Shown in pieces: positions 42,675 through 54,111 of a stretch of 64,000 bases of DNA. The stretch spans positions 1,624-65,623 of the forward strand of contig DCWS01000077.1 in assembly GCA_002328165.1 (NCBI GenBank), given 5' to 3'. The first letter of the stretch is position 1. The number at the start of each line of letters is the position of its first letter. This DNA comes from Desulfobacteraceae bacterium UBA2156. Lineage in GTDB: Bacteria > Desulfobacterota > Desulfobacteria > Desulfobacterales > UBA2156. The notes beneath the pieces were generated by a model that made no database searches, was not told the DNA's origin, and saw only the letters and a list, made by a program, of their open reading frames with translations. A program made the position numbers and the translations under genes.

Positions 42675-45083
42675 TTACATCTCTGATTTGAAAAATTCTT
42701 CCGGCTCGGCCATTGCACCTGGCTGTTTGGCATACTCCGTGGGTGCAGTTCCCTCCTTGAAACATTCAAATATCGTTTTTTTTGATTCGGGAATCGGCAA
42801 AAGGCCGGTTTTAGCATCGATTTTGGAAAAGACAATGCCCTCGGGAACCTGAAAAACCCTTATGGGTCTGTCGGCAACCACTTTCTTCATAAAACCGAGC
42901 CATATGGGACTCGCCGCCCTGGATCCGGTTTCGTTCTTTCCGAGGGAACGCCCGTCATCAAAACCGACCCAAGTCCCGGTGATATAACGGGGGGTATAGC
43001 CGACAAACCAGGCGTCATAAAGATTATTTGTTGTGCCGGTTTTACCGGCCACAGGCCGGCCCAACGCCCGTACTCTCCAGCCGGTTCCATTTTTGACTGC
43101 GCCTTCAAGGAGGCTCGTCATGATGTACGCGGTACTTTTATCGATAGCTTTTTCTCGCACAGGAGTGATTTCCTCAAGAATATTCCCATTCCGATCGATG
43201 ATTTTTGTTATAAAAATAGACTCAACGCGAAAACCTCCGTTGGCAAAAACCGAATAGGCATTAAGCAATTCAAGCAATGATACACCCGATGATCCCAAAG
43301 CAATGGAAAGATTTCTGCTCAGGTTGGAAGTGATGCCAAGTTTCTTGGCATAATCGATGATATAGTCAATCCCAATATCTTTTAAAATCTTAATTGTAAC
43401 CACATTTCGCGACTTGGCCAGGGCCTGGCGAAGCAGGGTCGGACCGAAAAATTTTTCCTTGTAGTTTTTGGGTTTCCATCTGAAGTCACGCCCGGCATCA
43501 TGAAATACGATCGGTGAATCGATGATCATGGTTGCAGGGGTATATCCCTTGTCGAGGGCAGCTGCATAAATGATCGGTTTAAAAGCGGAGCCAGGCTGCC
43601 GTCTTGACTGGATTGCCCGGTTAAACTGGCTTTCTCTGAAATCCCTCCCTCCAATCATTACCTTGACCCTGCCGGTTTCCGACTCGATGGCCAGCAGTGC
43701 CCCCTGAACCTTCGGTACCTGTTCCAGGGCGAGTGTCCATAGATCCGAATCTTTTTTCTTGCCTTTCAACTTTACGAGGATAACATCGCCGATCCTTAAA
43801 ATATCACCCACATGTTTGATGAATGATTCATAGGAGGCGACCTCGGGGTTTGGCTCTCTCGCCCATTTCATATTCGTAATACCGATAATCCCCTTGGCAT
43901 TTCCCATGCGGATTGTGATCTCATTTTTTCGGTCGTTTACATCAATCACCACGCCTTTTACGGTCTTTCCCTTTTCCAGTGGGGTCTTATCGAACTCGAT
44001 TTGGAGTTTTTTTGAAAATGTTTCGATTGCTTCCGGTGAAAAATGGTTTAGAGGGCCTCGGTATCCCTGTCGTTTATCCAGTTCTTTTAACCCCTTTTTT
44101 ATTTCCGTGCGTGCAATTTGCTGCATCTCGATATTTGCCGCAGTATAAATCTTGAGCCCTTCATTGTACAGCATGGCCGGACCATATTTTTTTTCAACGT
44201 AGCGCCTGACCTGTTCTGTATAAAAAGGGACCTCTTCAATATACCAGTTCCGTCTGGGTTTTATATCGAGCTTGACATTTATGGCCTCGGTCGCTTGGAT
44301 GTTGTCGATATATCCCTCAGCAACCATCCGATTTAATACGTAAATCTGGCGCTCCTTTGCTTTTTCCGGAAATTTAAAAGGAGAATATTTACTGGGTGCC
44401 TGGGGCAGGCCGGCCAAGATGGCGCATTCGGTCAAGTTTAGCTCCCTGACGGATTTTCTAAAATAATTCTCGGCAGCCGCTTCCACACCGTAGGCGCCAT
44501 GCCCTAAATATATTTGGTTTAAGTATAATAAAAGAATTTCATCTTTACTAAATGTTCGATCAATCCGATGCGCGAGGATGGCTTCTTTTATCTTTCGTGT
44601 ATAGCTTTTTTCCGGGGTTAATAAGAACGACTTGGTAACCTGCTGGGTTATGGTGCTCCCTCCCTGAACGATTGCGCCGGCTTCAATATTCTTGAAAAAA
44701 GCCCTTATAATAGAAAGAAAATCGATTCCTTCGTGTTTATAAAATCTTGCATCCTCGGCAGCGACAAAGGCATCGATCAGCGTTTTGGGAATCTCGGACA
44801 TCGGAATAACAATTCTTCTTTCGTTGTAAAATTCAGCGATTTTTCTGTTATCATCTGAATAGACAGTTGTAATGATGGGCGGATGGTAATCTTTAAGGGA
44901 TGAAATTTTAGGGAGATCTTTGCTGAGATAAAGATAGATACCGGCGCTGCCCAACACGCCAAGGACAGACAAAACAACCGCAGACCAGATGAACCAGCGG
45001 ATCGTGGTGGTAATGTATTTCCGTTTTTGGGTCAGGGCCCTTTTTTTTAAGATCTGCGAAGCGCTCTTTTTTTTCGATCTCAT
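42675..45083 (-). CDS. mrcA: Bifunctional class-A penicillin-binding protein 1A (transglycosylase/transpeptidase)
   Basis: 802 aa. EDARFYKHEGID, GGSTITQQ and RKIKE glycosyltransferase motifs. SAFKP and KTGTTN transpeptidase motifs. Confidence 0.9.
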   Translation of the reverse strand: MRSKKKSASQILKKRALTQKRKYITTTIRWFIWSAVVLSVLGVLGSAGIYLYLSKDLPKISSLKDYHPPIITTVYSDDNRKIAEFYNERRIVIPMSEIPKTLIDAFVAAEDARFYKHEGIDFLSIIRAFFKNIEAGAIVQGGSTITQQVTKSFLLTPEKSYTRKIKEAILAHRIDRTFSKDEILLLYLNQIYLGHGAYGVEAAAENYFRKSVRELNLTECAILAGLPQAPSKYSPFKFPEKAKERQIYVLNRMVAEGYIDNIQATEAINVKLDIKPRRNWYIEEVPFYTEQVRRYVEKKYGPAMLYNEGLKIYTAANIEMQQIARTEIKKGLKELDKRQGYRGPLNHFSPEAIETFSKKLQIEFDKTPLEKGKTVKGVVIDVNDRKNEITIRMGNAKGIIGITNMKWAREPNPEVASYESFIKHVGDILRIGDVILVKLKGKKKDSDLWTLALEQVPKVQGALLAIESETGRVKVMIGGRDFRESQFNRAIQSRRQPGSAFKPIIYAAALDKGYTPATMIIDSPIVFHDAGRDFRWKPKNYKEKFFGPTLLRQALAKSRNVVTIKILKDIGIDYIIDYAKKLGITSNLSRNLSIALGSSGVSLLELLNAYSVFANGGFRVESIFITKIIDRNGNILEEITPVREKAIDKSTAYIMTSLLEGAVKNGTGWRVRALGRPVAGKTGTTNNLYDAWFVGYTPRYITGTWVGFDDGRSLGKNETGSRAASPIWLGFMKKVVADRPIRVFQVPEGIVFSKIDAKTGLLPIPESKKTIFECFKEGTAPTEYAKQPGAMAEPEEFFKSEM

Positions 45084-45344
45084 ATAATCACGGATAGCTT
45101 TTTAAAAAGGTTAGATTTGAATCGCCTGGCCCCGTGAACTTTACACTTCAGGGCCCTATGACCTTCAGGTCTCGCGGTTCGAATGAGGTCTAAAGACATT
45201 TTATCAAACATCGTGCCGCTTATCAAGGATCTATGTAAATCTTAAAAAAAAATTGACTTTGTTTCGAGTTATGTTTACTCAACGGATTCGAATCGACTGT
45301 TTGCAATTTAAAAGGTAAAAACTTCTCAAAAGGATTAAAATAAA

Positions 45345-45740
45345 GTGGAGAATCTAAGTCGGATGATAAAACTTGATTTTGATAAGATGAACGGTCTATT
45401 ACCTGCGATTGTTCAAGATTATAAAACCGATGAAATCCTGATGCTGGGTTTTATGAACGAAGAGGCATGGAAATCGACCCTTTCGACAGGCCGGGCGACA
45501 TTTTTCAGCCGCGGTCGACAGACACTTTGGGTAAAGGGGGAGACTTCCGGCAATATACAGATCGTAAAAGAGATTCGTGTTGATTGCGATAATGATACGG
45601 TTCTTCTGATAGTCGAGCAGATCGGTGGGGCAACATGTCATACCGGCTATAGAAGCTGTTTTTTCAAAAGAGTGAAAGAGGGGGCTGTCGAGGTCATCGG
45701 AACGCCGGCAATTGACCCAAGGGAGGTGTATCCTATATGA
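45345..45740 (+). CDS. hisI: Phosphoribosyl-AMP cyclohydrolase
   Basis: [25 protein letters not shown]...WVKGETSGN...DCDNDTVLL...G.ATCHTG.RSCF. Confidence 0.85.
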   Translation: MENLSRMIKLDFDKMNGLLPAIVQDYKTDEILMLGFMNEEAWKSTLSTGRATFFSRGRQTLWVKGETSGNIQIVKEIRVDCDNDTVLLIVEQIGGATCHTGYRSCFFKRVKEGAVEVIGTPAIDPREVYPI

Positions 45741-46612
45741 AAAATAAAATAAAACTGGGCATTCCAAAGGGGAGTCTGCAAAATGCAACCATTGCACTCT
45801 TCAAACGTTCCGGATGGATGATTCGTGCCGAAGGGAGAAGCTATTACCCCGAGATCAACGACGAAGAAATCGAGTGCGCCATCTGTAGGGCCCAGGAGAT
45901 GTCACGTTATGTTGAAGGCGGTACCCTGGATGCCGGGCTTACCGGCAAAGACTGGATTGTTGAAAACAACTCGGACGTACAAGTTGTTGCCGACCTTGTT
46001 TATTCCAAGGTAAGCTCTCGCCCCGCGCGATGGGTTCTTGCCGTCCCTTTTGAATCCCCCATTAACAAACCGGAAGAACTCCAGGGAAAAAAAGTGGCCA
46101 CGGAGTTGGTTCAATATACAAAGAAATATTTTTCAGATCGGAACATTGAAGCAACGGTTGAATTCTCATGGGGAGCTACCGAGGCGAAAGTAAGTTCCGG
46201 GCTTGCAGATGCGGTTGTGGAGATTACTGAAACCGAAAGGACCATAAATGCCCATGGACTTCGTATTATAGAAGAGTTAATGCAGACCAACACCCAGTTT
46301 ATTGCCAACCACGATACCTGGAAGGATCAGGGCAAAAGAAAAAAAATTGAACAGATCTCACTCTTATTAAAAGGCGCCCTCTTAGGTGAACAACTCGTGG
46401 GTCTTAAAATGAATGTTCCCAACACACACCTTGAAAAGGTAATATTGCTGCTCCCAAGTCTCAATGCCCCCACCGTTGCACCGCTGTATCAGTCCGACTG
46501 GTTTTCGGTGGAGACAGTGGTCAACTCCCATAAAGTGCGAGAGCTCATACCCCTGCTTTTGAAACACGGTGCAGAAGGGATCATAGAATACCCATTGAAT
46601 AAGGTGGTTTAG
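45737..46612 (+). CDS. hisG: ATP phosphoribosyltransferase (long form)
   Basis: 291 aa. [18 protein letters not shown], and a C-terminal regulatory domain. ATGA overlap with hisI. Confidence 0.85.
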   Translation: MKNKIKLGIPKGSLQNATIALFKRSGWMIRAEGRSYYPEINDEEIECAICRAQEMSRYVEGGTLDAGLTGKDWIVENNSDVQVVADLVYSKVSSRPARWVLAVPFESPINKPEELQGKKVATELVQYTKKYFSDRNIEATVEFSWGATEAKVSSGLADAVVEITETERTINAHGLRIIEELMQTNTQFIANHDTWKDQGKRKKIEQISLLLKGALLGEQLVGLKMNVPNTHLEKVILLLPSLNAPTVAPLYQSDWFSVETVVNSHKVRELIPLLLKHGAEGIIEYPLNKVV

Positions 46613-46693
46613 TGTCTTTAACCCGAAACACGGGATAGAAAGGGGATTGGGAAGATTTCAGCTCGGATCCGAGAAATTACTTCGTTCATCGTC

Positions 46694-47806
46694 ATGGATG
46701 TTCTAGAAAGGGCTCAGGAATTGGAACGTGATGGGATTGATATTATTCATTTGGAGGTGGGTGAGCCGGATTTTGATACCCCTTTGTGTATCAAGGAGGC
46801 TCTCTACAAGGCCTTGGAGGATGGCCATACGCACTACACCCACAGCCTTGGCATGCCGGCCTTGAGGGAAGTGATTTGCAGGCACTATTTTTCTAAATAC
46901 CGTGTTTCGCTAAGTCCTGACCAGATTGTTATTACTTCAGGAACTTCCCCTGCCATGTTCCTTCTTTTTTCTGTGCTTCTTGAGAAAGGGGACCAGGTCA
47001 TCATCTCAGATCCGCATTATGCCTGCTACCCCAATTTTATCATTTTCTCGGAAGGGGAACCGGTTATTGTACCGGTCTACGAAGAGGACGGGTTTCAATA
47101 CAGACCCGAAGCCATTCAGGAGAAGATTACAAATAGAACCCGGGGAATTTTGATCAATTCTCCATCCAATCCTACCGGGAATCTACTTTCAGCGGACCGT
47201 ATGGGGGCGATTGCCGAATTTTCGCCCTATATCATTTCAGATGAAATCTATCATGGCTTGGTGTACGAGGGGGAGGCGCATTCTATTCTTGAATTCACCG
47301 ATAATGCGTTTGTTTTCAACGGGTTTTCCAAACTCTATGCCATGACAGGGTTAAGACTCGGATACCTGGTGGCGCCAAAATCGTTCATCCGCCCCCTGCA
47401 AAAACTTCATCAAAATTTTTTTATTTCAGCCAATTCGGTTGTTCAGATGGCAGGTATGGCCGCGCTGGAAAATGCTGGTGAAGATACCGCCCGTATGATA
47501 CAGATTTACGATGAGCGTCGACGTTACATGATCCACCGTCTAAAGAAAATAGGATTTGGAATTACCGTTGAACCGACAGGCGCCTTCTATGTATTTGCAA
47601 ATGCAAAACACATTTCAACCGATTCGTATACCTTGGCCTTTGACATGCTTGAAAAAGCACATGTGGGTGTAGGGCCGGGAATCGATTTTGGGAAAAACGG
47701 CGAGGGTTATCTCAGATTTTCCTATGCAAACTCTATGGAGAATATTGAGGCCGGGTTGGACCGGATAGAGAAATATTTGCAAGGGGAGTCGTTGCTTGGG
47801 AAATAG
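46694..47806 (+). CDS. Class I/II PLP-dependent aminotransferase (aspartate/aromatic-type)
   Basis: HLEVGEPDFDTP, INSPSNPTG, FNGFSKLYAMTGLRLGY (PLP lysine). The frame is open for 24 codons upstream of the first ATG without a canonical start. Confidence 0.8.
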   Translation: MDVLERAQELERDGIDIIHLEVGEPDFDTPLCIKEALYKALEDGHTHYTHSLGMPALREVICRHYFSKYRVSLSPDQIVITSGTSPAMFLLFSVLLEKGDQVIISDPHYACYPNFIIFSEGEPVIVPVYEEDGFQYRPEAIQEKITNRTRGILINSPSNPTGNLLSADRMGAIAEFSPYIISDEIYHGLVYEGEAHSILEFTDNAFVFNGFSKLYAMTGLRLGYLVAPKSFIRPLQKLHQNFFISANSVVQMAGMAALENAGEDTARMIQIYDERRRYMIHRLKKIGFGITVEPTGAFYVFANAKHISTDSYTLAFDMLEKAHVGVGPGIDFGKNGEGYLRFSYANSMENIEAGLDRIEKYLQGESLLGK

Positions 47807-47851
47807 ATGTTATATGTGACAAACCAGGGATTGTTCCGAAGCTGATTTGGT

Positions 47852-48439
47852 ATGATTATCACCTCCGCCCATTTTGTTACCAGTGCTGTACAATCGCCAC
47901 AATACCCATCCGGAAATCTACCGGAAATTGCCTTTTCCGGCCGGTCAAATGTGGGGAAATCTTCTCTAATCAATACACTCCTCAATCGCAAGCATCTGGT
48001 AAAGACCAGCTCCACCCCCGGGCGAACCCGCCTGATTAACTTCTTTGAAATCAATGCGTCCTTTTTATTTGTTGATCTTCCAGGGTATGGGTATGCAAAG
48101 GTTCCAATCTCCGAGAAAAAAAAATGGCGGCCGATGATCGAAACATATCTGTCAACAAGAAAGACATTAAAAGGGGTTATCCTGGTCCTTGATATCCGCC
48201 GTGTTCCCGGACAAAAAGAGCATCAGTTTATCGATTGGCTTTGCCACTTCAATATCCCAAAGATGTTGGTAATTACGAAATCTGACAAACTCTCAAAGCC
48301 TAACCGGATAAAAAATCGAAAATCTATTGCTGAATCTCTCTCGGTTGACGAAAATGAATTGACGCTTTTTTCGGCCAAGTCCCGGTTGGGAAAGGATGAT
48401 GTTTGGGAGGGAATAACAAATTTGATCGCAAGCGGGTGA
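47852..48439 (+). CDS. engB: Ribosome-biogenesis GTPase EngB/YsxC (YihA)
   Basis: PEIAFSGRSNVGKSSLINTL, DLPGYGYAKV, TKSDKL. Confidence 0.85.
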   Translation: MIITSAHFVTSAVQSPQYPSGNLPEIAFSGRSNVGKSSLINTLLNRKHLVKTSSTPGRTRLINFFEINASFLFVDLPGYGYAKVPISEKKKWRPMIETYLSTRKTLKGVILVLDIRRVPGQKEHQFIDWLCHFNIPKMLVITKSDKLSKPNRIKNRKSIAESLSVDENELTLFSAKSRLGKDDVWEGITNLIASG

Positions 48440-49351
48440 ATGGAAAAAAAGAGGAAGATGAAGCCGATGGACTTTAAATCTGGTTTTATCGGTATTGTCG
48501 GTGCGCCCAACGTGGGGAAATCGACCCTTTTGAACCGGCTGCTCGGTGGTAAAATTTCAATCACCTCAAAAAAACCGCAGACCACGCGCAACCGCATACT
48601 TGGAATCGTCCAACGGCCGGCATCCCAGATCATCTTCATCGATACCCCAGGCATTTTTAGTACTTCAAACAGGTTCAATATCAGAATGGTCGAAACCGCC
48701 CTTTCGGTTTTGGGTGATGTTGATATAGCGCTTTTGATGATCGACGCCTCAAAACCGGACCCATGTTCAGAACAGCTGGTGGTTAAAAAGCTGAGAAACC
48801 AAAAAAAACCGGTGATTCTTGCATTTAATAAAATAGATATTATCGAAAGATCGACACTTCTATCCAAAATAGATGCATGGACAAAACAGTTTTCCTTTGC
48901 AGCAATCATCCCGATTTCAGCCAAACATGGAACTCAGATGGAGGCACTGCTTCGTGCCATGGAGGTGGCCCTCCCAAAAGGTCCGCAATACTTTCCCAGA
49001 GATCTCATTACCGATATGCCAGAAAAGTTTATTGCTGCAGAAATGGTGCGTGAGAAAGTATTCCGTTTCACCGGGCAGGAAATTCCATATGCGACCGCAG
49101 TTACCGTTGAATCTTTTGCAGAGGATAAAAAGCGATCACTAGTAAAAATCTATGCCAGCATCCATGTAGAGCGGGATTCACAGAAAGGGATTGTCATTGG
49201 AAAAAACGGGGTCAAGCTTAAAAAGATCGGCGAGGCCGCCCGAATAGAAATTGAACGAATGATGGGGTGTAGGGTGTTTTTAAAACTGTTTGTCAGAGTC
49301 CAGAAAAACTGGAGCAAGGATATGAAGACCTTGAGGGGATTAGGTTACTGA
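48440..49351 (+). CDS. era: GTPase Era
   Basis: GFIGIVGAPNVGKSTLLN, DTPGI, NKIDI, and a C-terminal KH domain (VERDSQKGIVIGKNG). Confidence 0.9.
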   Translation: MEKKRKMKPMDFKSGFIGIVGAPNVGKSTLLNRLLGGKISITSKKPQTTRNRILGIVQRPASQIIFIDTPGIFSTSNRFNIRMVETALSVLGDVDIALLMIDASKPDPCSEQLVVKKLRNQKKPVILAFNKIDIIERSTLLSKIDAWTKQFSFAAIIPISAKHGTQMEALLRAMEVALPKGPQYFPRDLITDMPEKFIAAEMVREKVFRFTGQEIPYATAVTVESFAEDKKRSLVKIYASIHVERDSQKGIVIGKNGVKLKKIGEAARIEIERMMGCRVFLKLFVRVQKNWSKDMKTLRGLGY

Positions 49352-49503
49352 TGATTCTTTATCTTTACCCGGACAAAAGCGGGCAGATTCATCTGTTTCG
49401 TGAATTGAATATAACTCATCCCCATACCGAAATATATTCCAATGTCGACGCCCTGCGGCGTCATTCCCATGATCTAGAGAAGGTGTCGGGAAGTTAAAAT
49501 CGC

Positions 49504-49800
49504 ATGGAAACATTTTCAATCGATTTTGATGAAGGTCATATAAAAAGGGAACGCCAGAAAGCTAGGGAGCTGAGGGAATCTCAATGGTGGAAACGCCGTT
49601 TGGCAAAGGGCCTATGCCATTATTGCCAAAGGGCCTATTCTCCCGCAGAACTTACCATGGACCATATCGTCCCGATATCCAGGGGAGGGAGGAGTACAAA
49701 AGGGAATGTGGTTCCTTCCTGTAAGGCGTGCAACAATAAAAAAAAATATCTTCTCCCCATGGAATGGGATGCCTATTTAAAATCCGGCGATAAAGATTGA
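49504..49800 (+). CDS. Small stand-alone HNH endonuclease
   Basis: 98 aa. CHYCQ...DHIVPISRGG....NVVPSCKACNNKK. Confidence 0.7.
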   Translation: METFSIDFDEGHIKRERQKARELRESQWWKRRLAKGLCHYCQRAYSPAELTMDHIVPISRGGRSTKGNVVPSCKACNNKKKYLLPMEWDAYLKSGDKD

Positions 49801-49840
49801 CAACCTCGTAAAAAGTCATTTGAGAACGACTTTGAGCATT

Positions 49841-49996
49841 TTGGGATAAAGTGTTTTGATAGGTGGTGCGTTAAGAATTTCAAGCTGTTTGAGGAGTTTA
49901 CGACGACTTCTTGAAATTTAGTATCACCTATCTGAACGCCCCTAAACGGTCATTTAGAGAGCAAAATGGTTTTTTTACGAGTTCATTAAGATTAGG
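49841..49996. repeat. Interspersed ~145-155-bp repeat, copy B
   Basis: Second copy of the element at 42407-42550. Carries ~12 extra nt (aatttcaagctg) that create a 9-bp inverted repeat, aatttcaag...cttgaaatt. Confidence 0.7.
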
Positions 49997-50053
49997 CCGG
50001 ACAATCCATTCGATTGCGCTATTCCCCTTCTCTGTTACAACGCTTCATCCGGT

Positions 50054-50082
50054 TTGACATCATTTGGTAAGTGTTTATTTTA
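50054..50082 (+). promoter_or_regulatory. Sigma70-like promoter candidate upstream of clpB
   Basis: TTGACA at 50054-50059, a 16-17-nt spacer, then a TATTTT/ATTTTA -10-like element, ~65 nt upstream of the start codon. Confidence 0.3.
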
Positions 50083-50143
50083 ACGAAGAAAAGAGATTTT
50101 CTTTCTTAAATCTTAGGTAGATAAAAACAAAACAACAGGAGCC

Positions 50144-52729
50144 ATGATGCGTTTGGATAAATTCACTTTAAAATCACAGGAATTGATTCAAAATGCCCAG
50201 GGTTTGGCATCACAACAAACCCATCAACAGATTGAACCGGAACATTTGCTCAGCGTCATGCTGATGGAACCCGAGGGAGTGGCAAGAGCCATCCTCCTTA
50301 AACTGGGCATCTCTCCTGATAGTGTTTTCAAGGAGGTCTCCATTTTTATTGAAAAACAGCCGAAAGTGAGCGGTGCGAGGGATGTTTATATTTCCCCGAG
50401 GACAAAAAATGTCCTTGATGCGGCATTTTCGGAAGCCTCTAACATGAAGGATGAGTATGTGAGCATCGAACATGTTCTTCTGGCTGTTTCCGGTGAAACC
50501 GCTGGAGAAGCATCAAGAATTCTGAACCGATATGGAATAACCAGAGAATCAATTTTAAAGGTCCTTATCGATATTCGTGGTGCTCAACGGATAACCGATC
50601 CTAATCCGGAAGAAAAATATCAGGCCCTGGATAAGTTCAGCCGGGATCTGACCGATCTGGCCCGTTTGGGTAAACTCGATCCGATAATCGGTCGCGATGA
50701 TGAAATCAGGCGTATTGTTCAGGTGCTTTCCAGACGGACAAAAAACAATCCTGTGCTCATCGGCGAGCCGGGTGTCGGGAAAACAGCCATCGTTGACGGT
50801 CTCGCCCAACGCATTGTCGCAGGAGATGTTTCAGAAACATTAAAAAACCGACGGGTTGTGGCGCTGGATATGGGAGCCCTCATTGCAGGGGCCAAATACA
50901 GGGGCGAATTTGAAGATCGGTTAAAAGCGGTTCTAAAGGAAATTGAAAAAGCAAAGGGTGAGATCATCCTTTTCATAGATGAGCTGCATACGCTGGTCGG
51001 TGCCGGAGCCGCTGAAGGGGCCATGGATGCGTCCAATATGCTGAAACCCGCCCTCGCTCGCGGGACCCTTCGGTGCGTTGGTGCCACTACACTCGATGAA
51101 TATCGAAAATATATTGAAAAAGACGCAGCTTTTGAACGGCGATTTCAGCCGATAATGACACTAGAACCGAGTGTAGAGGATACCATTTCCATTCTTCGTG
51201 GGCTCAAAGAAAAATACGAGGTTCATCATGGGGTCAGGATCAAGGATTCAGCGATAGTTGCTGCGGCAACCCTTTCAAATCGTTATATCTCTGATCGCTT
51301 TCTTCCGGATAAAGCAATCGATCTTATCGACGAGTGTGCCTCAAAGCTGAGAATTGAAATTGACAGCATGCCGACGGAGATAGATGAAATCCAGCGTAGA
51401 ATTACACAATCGGAGATCGAAAGAGAAGCCCTCAAAAAAGAGTCTGATCCTGCATCTCAGGAACGGTTGCAAAAATTGGAAGCGGAGCTGGGGGCGATGA
51501 AGGAAGAGATAACTTCGATGAAGGTCCATTGGCAAAGTGAAAAAGATGTTATCCAGACGATAAGATCAATCAAAGAAGCATATGAACAACTCAACATTGA
51601 AGAGCAGCAAGCGGAAAGGGAAGGCGATTTGTCCAGGGTAGCCGAAATCAGGTACGGAAAGGTGGTGGAGTTGCAAAATCGTCTGGAAGAGGCCAACGAA
51701 AACCTCTCTCAACTCCAAAAAGACCGAAAAATGCTCAAAGAGGAAGTCGACGACGAGGATATTGCCGAAGTCGTATCTAGGTGGACTGGGATTCCGGTTA
51801 AAAAAATGCTCGAAGGTGAGCGGGAAAGACTGGTCCGCATGGAAGACCATCTGTCCCTTCGGGTTGTCGGACAAATCGAGGCGATATCCGCCATTTCGAA
51901 TGCGGTTCGTCGAGCAAGATCAGGATTGCAGGATCCGGACCGGCCGATCGGCTCATTCATTTTCATGGGGCCGACCGGGGTGGGCAAAACCGAACTCGCC
52001 AAAGCGTTGGCTGAATTCATTTTTGATACCGAACAGGCCATCGTTCGGGTCGATATGTCAGAATATATGGAGAGACATGCGGTTTCAAGACTGATCGGGG
52101 CTCCACCCGGGTATGTTGGCTACGAGGAAGGCGGGTATCTGACAGAAGCGGTCCGAAGGCGGCCGTATTCAGTGATCCTGTTCGATGAAATCGAAAAAGC
52201 ACATCCAGAAGTTTTCAATGTATTGCTGCAGATTTTAGACGACGGCCGTATGACCGATGGACAGGGAAGAACCGTCGATTTTAAAAATACGATCATCATC
52301 ATGACCTCCAATGTGGGGACTCGCTGGATCCAGGAGATGGAAGCAACAAATCGTCTGGGGATGGAAGAAAAGATAACGGAATCTTTAAGGGCACATTTTA
52401 AACCCGAATTTTTAAACCGGATAGATGAAACCATCATATTCCAGAATCTAACACCCGAACAAATCAGTAAAATCGTTGACATACAAATGAAAATGCTCAG
52501 TAAACGGCTTTCTGATCAGCATATTGAGCTCGACCTGTCGGATCGTGCAATTTCATTGCTTGCAAAATTGGGGTATGATCCCATCTACGGTGCGCGACCT
52601 CTAAAGCGAGCCATTCAAAAGTATATCGAAAATCCGCTGGCAACTGAAATGTTAAAGGGAACCTTTACGGAAGGAACCCGCATCAGAGCAGATGTGGAAG
52701 GGAATCAAATTGTCTTTAAGGCGATATAA
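50144..52729 (+). CDS. clpB: Disaggregase chaperone ClpB
   Basis: 861 aa. Clp-N repeats, two AAA+ modules ([11 protein letters not shown]; [14 protein letters not shown]), and a long coiled-coil middle domain. Confidence 0.95.
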   Translation: MMRLDKFTLKSQELIQNAQGLASQQTHQQIEPEHLLSVMLMEPEGVARAILLKLGISPDSVFKEVSIFIEKQPKVSGARDVYISPRTKNVLDAAFSEASNMKDEYVSIEHVLLAVSGETAGEASRILNRYGITRESILKVLIDIRGAQRITDPNPEEKYQALDKFSRDLTDLARLGKLDPIIGRDDEIRRIVQVLSRRTKNNPVLIGEPGVGKTAIVDGLAQRIVAGDVSETLKNRRVVALDMGALIAGAKYRGEFEDRLKAVLKEIEKAKGEIILFIDELHTLVGAGAAEGAMDASNMLKPALARGTLRCVGATTLDEYRKYIEKDAAFERRFQPIMTLEPSVEDTISILRGLKEKYEVHHGVRIKDSAIVAAATLSNRYISDRFLPDKAIDLIDECASKLRIEIDSMPTEIDEIQRRITQSEIEREALKKESDPASQERLQKLEAELGAMKEEITSMKVHWQSEKDVIQTIRSIKEAYEQLNIEEQQAEREGDLSRVAEIRYGKVVELQNRLEEANENLSQLQKDRKMLKEEVDDEDIAEVVSRWTGIPVKKMLEGERERLVRMEDHLSLRVVGQIEAISAISNAVRRARSGLQDPDRPIGSFIFMGPTGVGKTELAKALAEFIFDTEQAIVRVDMSEYMERHAVSRLIGAPPGYVGYEEGGYLTEAVRRRPYSVILFDEIEKAHPEVFNVLLQILDDGRMTDGQGRTVDFKNTIIIMTSNVGTRWIQEMEATNRLGMEEKITESLRAHFKPEFLNRIDETIIFQNLTPEQISKIVDIQMKMLSKRLSDQHIELDLSDRAISLLAKLGYDPIYGARPLKRAIQKYIENPLATEMLKGTFTEGTRIRADVEGNQIVFKAI

Positions 52730-52842
52730 AGGTGAAAATTGCCACAATTGACCCACCTCCTTTGTCGGTGCGTTAGGCGATAGTTGATTTTCCTTGACAG
52801 AAAAAAAAGGGAGTGATATCGCCTCCTTGTTCAGAGCAATAA

Positions 52843-52917
52843 AGGCACGTAGCTCAGGGGGAGAGCGCTACCCTGACACGGTAGAAGTCACGAGTTCAAA
52901 TCTCGTCGTGCCTACCA
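52843..52917 (+). tRNA. tRNA-Val (anticodon GAC), CCA encoded
   Basis: Manual cloverleaf. Acceptor AGGCACG/CGUGCCU; D arm GCUC-AGGGGGA-GAGC; anticodon stem CUACC/GGUAG with loop CUGACAC; T arm ACGAG-UUCAAAU-CUCGU; discriminator A plus CCA. Confidence 0.85.
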
Positions 52918-52928
52918 TGTATATCAAG

Positions 52929-52962
52929 GGTTTACGGTGATCAGTTGCTGTAAACCTTTTTT
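52929..52962 (+). terminator. Rho-independent terminator after tRNA-Val
   Basis: ggtttac...gtaaacc stem followed by tttttt. Confidence 0.5.
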
Positions 52963-53082
52963 ATTGGTGGTTTGTGGGTAGCTATCTCTATAGAACATTG
53001 AAAAATAAGAGTTTCTATGACGTGGCGATCGAAGTTTTTTCAGCATTGGTCTCCATTTGTCTCAAAAACCGCCTTTTCGAGC

Positions 53083-53364
53083 CTACAAGCTGCCTCCTGA
53101 TTGACTGGTTTCATCAGGTTGATCATAAGCATTTAAAGTCACCGTTGGGCTTGAATGACCCAGTTGGGATTGGATGTGTTTAATGTTTTCACCTTGAGCA
53201 ATTAAAAGACTCGCATATGTGTGTCTTAAATCGTGAAATCTGATTTCCGGTAATTTTGCCGATTCCAATACGGGATAAAAATAGCGCCTGATAAGATTGT
53301 TGTGGTCTATTGGGCGACCTTTGCCATTTGGAAATACGAGGTGAAGCTTACAGGGCGGCCACAC
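53083..53364 (-). pseudogene. Tyrosine recombinase/integrase, C-terminal fragment only
   Basis: 93 aa with FHDLRHTYASLLI, LGHSS..VTLNAY (R-H-R-Y catalytic region). The N-terminal ~250 aa are missing. Confidence 0.7.
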
Positions 53365-53499
53365 CTTTTTCCAATTGATAAGAACTCGCTTTTTGAGATC
53401 GGGTAGATTGAAATTTTATAATTGTGTATGGAAAGCATGCAAACCGCGACAATGCAATGGCAATGTGCATTCTGTCGAATTTGTATTTAAATGATCAAA

Positions 53500-54111
53500 T
53501 TATCCATCGCTTCGTGAACGCACCGCGAAACCCCGGTCGCCGTAGAAGTAGCCGCGGTAGCCCCAGAGATCGCGGCCGCGGCTGACGTAGAAGCCGAAGT
53601 ACCAGGCGCCCGACGAACCCTTTCCCTCTCCTGACCAGACGTACCAGCCGGTGGTTTTCAAAAGTCGCGTCATATTCCTGCTTCCGGCCCCCTTTTGATA
53701 AAGTGATCGCAACTCGTTTCTGGCGGGCATCCGCCAGCCGCCGCCAGCAACAGATAGACTGCTAACCCAGGACTTAGCCTCATCCCAGGTCGTATTCCTG
53801 TCCGGGCCGGCCACCCATTCAAGGCTGGTTTGCGTATCGTACACGACGTCATTGGCATACCCGCAGTATTGGCCGTCGCGTTCCACACAGTCCTGCTTTT
53901 TAATATCATCCTTGAGCGGTTTTTCCCGTTTCTCTTTTCTTATCATTTCCAAAATTACTTCTTCACTTACTCCTGCCTTTTTTAGTTTTATGATTTCTTC
54001 AATAGTCAATGCCGCTGCGGTGTTGATTAGCCAGATTGACGAAAATGATAACAGAAATAAGATGGAACAAAGCAGAATAAATCTTGCTTTAAAACGATCA
54101 GTAAAGGACAT
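53500..54111 (-). CDS. Membrane-anchored/secreted DUF1566 (Lcl C-terminal-like) domain protein
   Basis: 203 aa. Hydrophobic N-terminus. TSLEWVAGPD..TTWDEAKSWV..L...GGGWRMPARNELRSLY matches the DUF1566 pattern. Confidence 0.55.
   Translation of the reverse strand: MSFTDRFKARFILLCSILFLLSFSSIWLINTAAALTIEEIIKLKKAGVSEEVILEMIRKEKREKPLKDDIKKQDCVERDGQYCGYANDVVYDTQTSLEWVAGPDRNTTWDEAKSWVSSLSVAGGGWRMPARNELRSLYQKGAGSRNMTRLLKTTGWYVWSGEGKGSSGAWYFGFYVSRGRDLWGYRGYFYGDRGFAVRSRSDG

Noticed and set aside
48223-48924. 233-aa minus-strand ORF
   Set aside because: It is antisense to engB and era, both of which have unambiguous GTPase motifs on the + strand.
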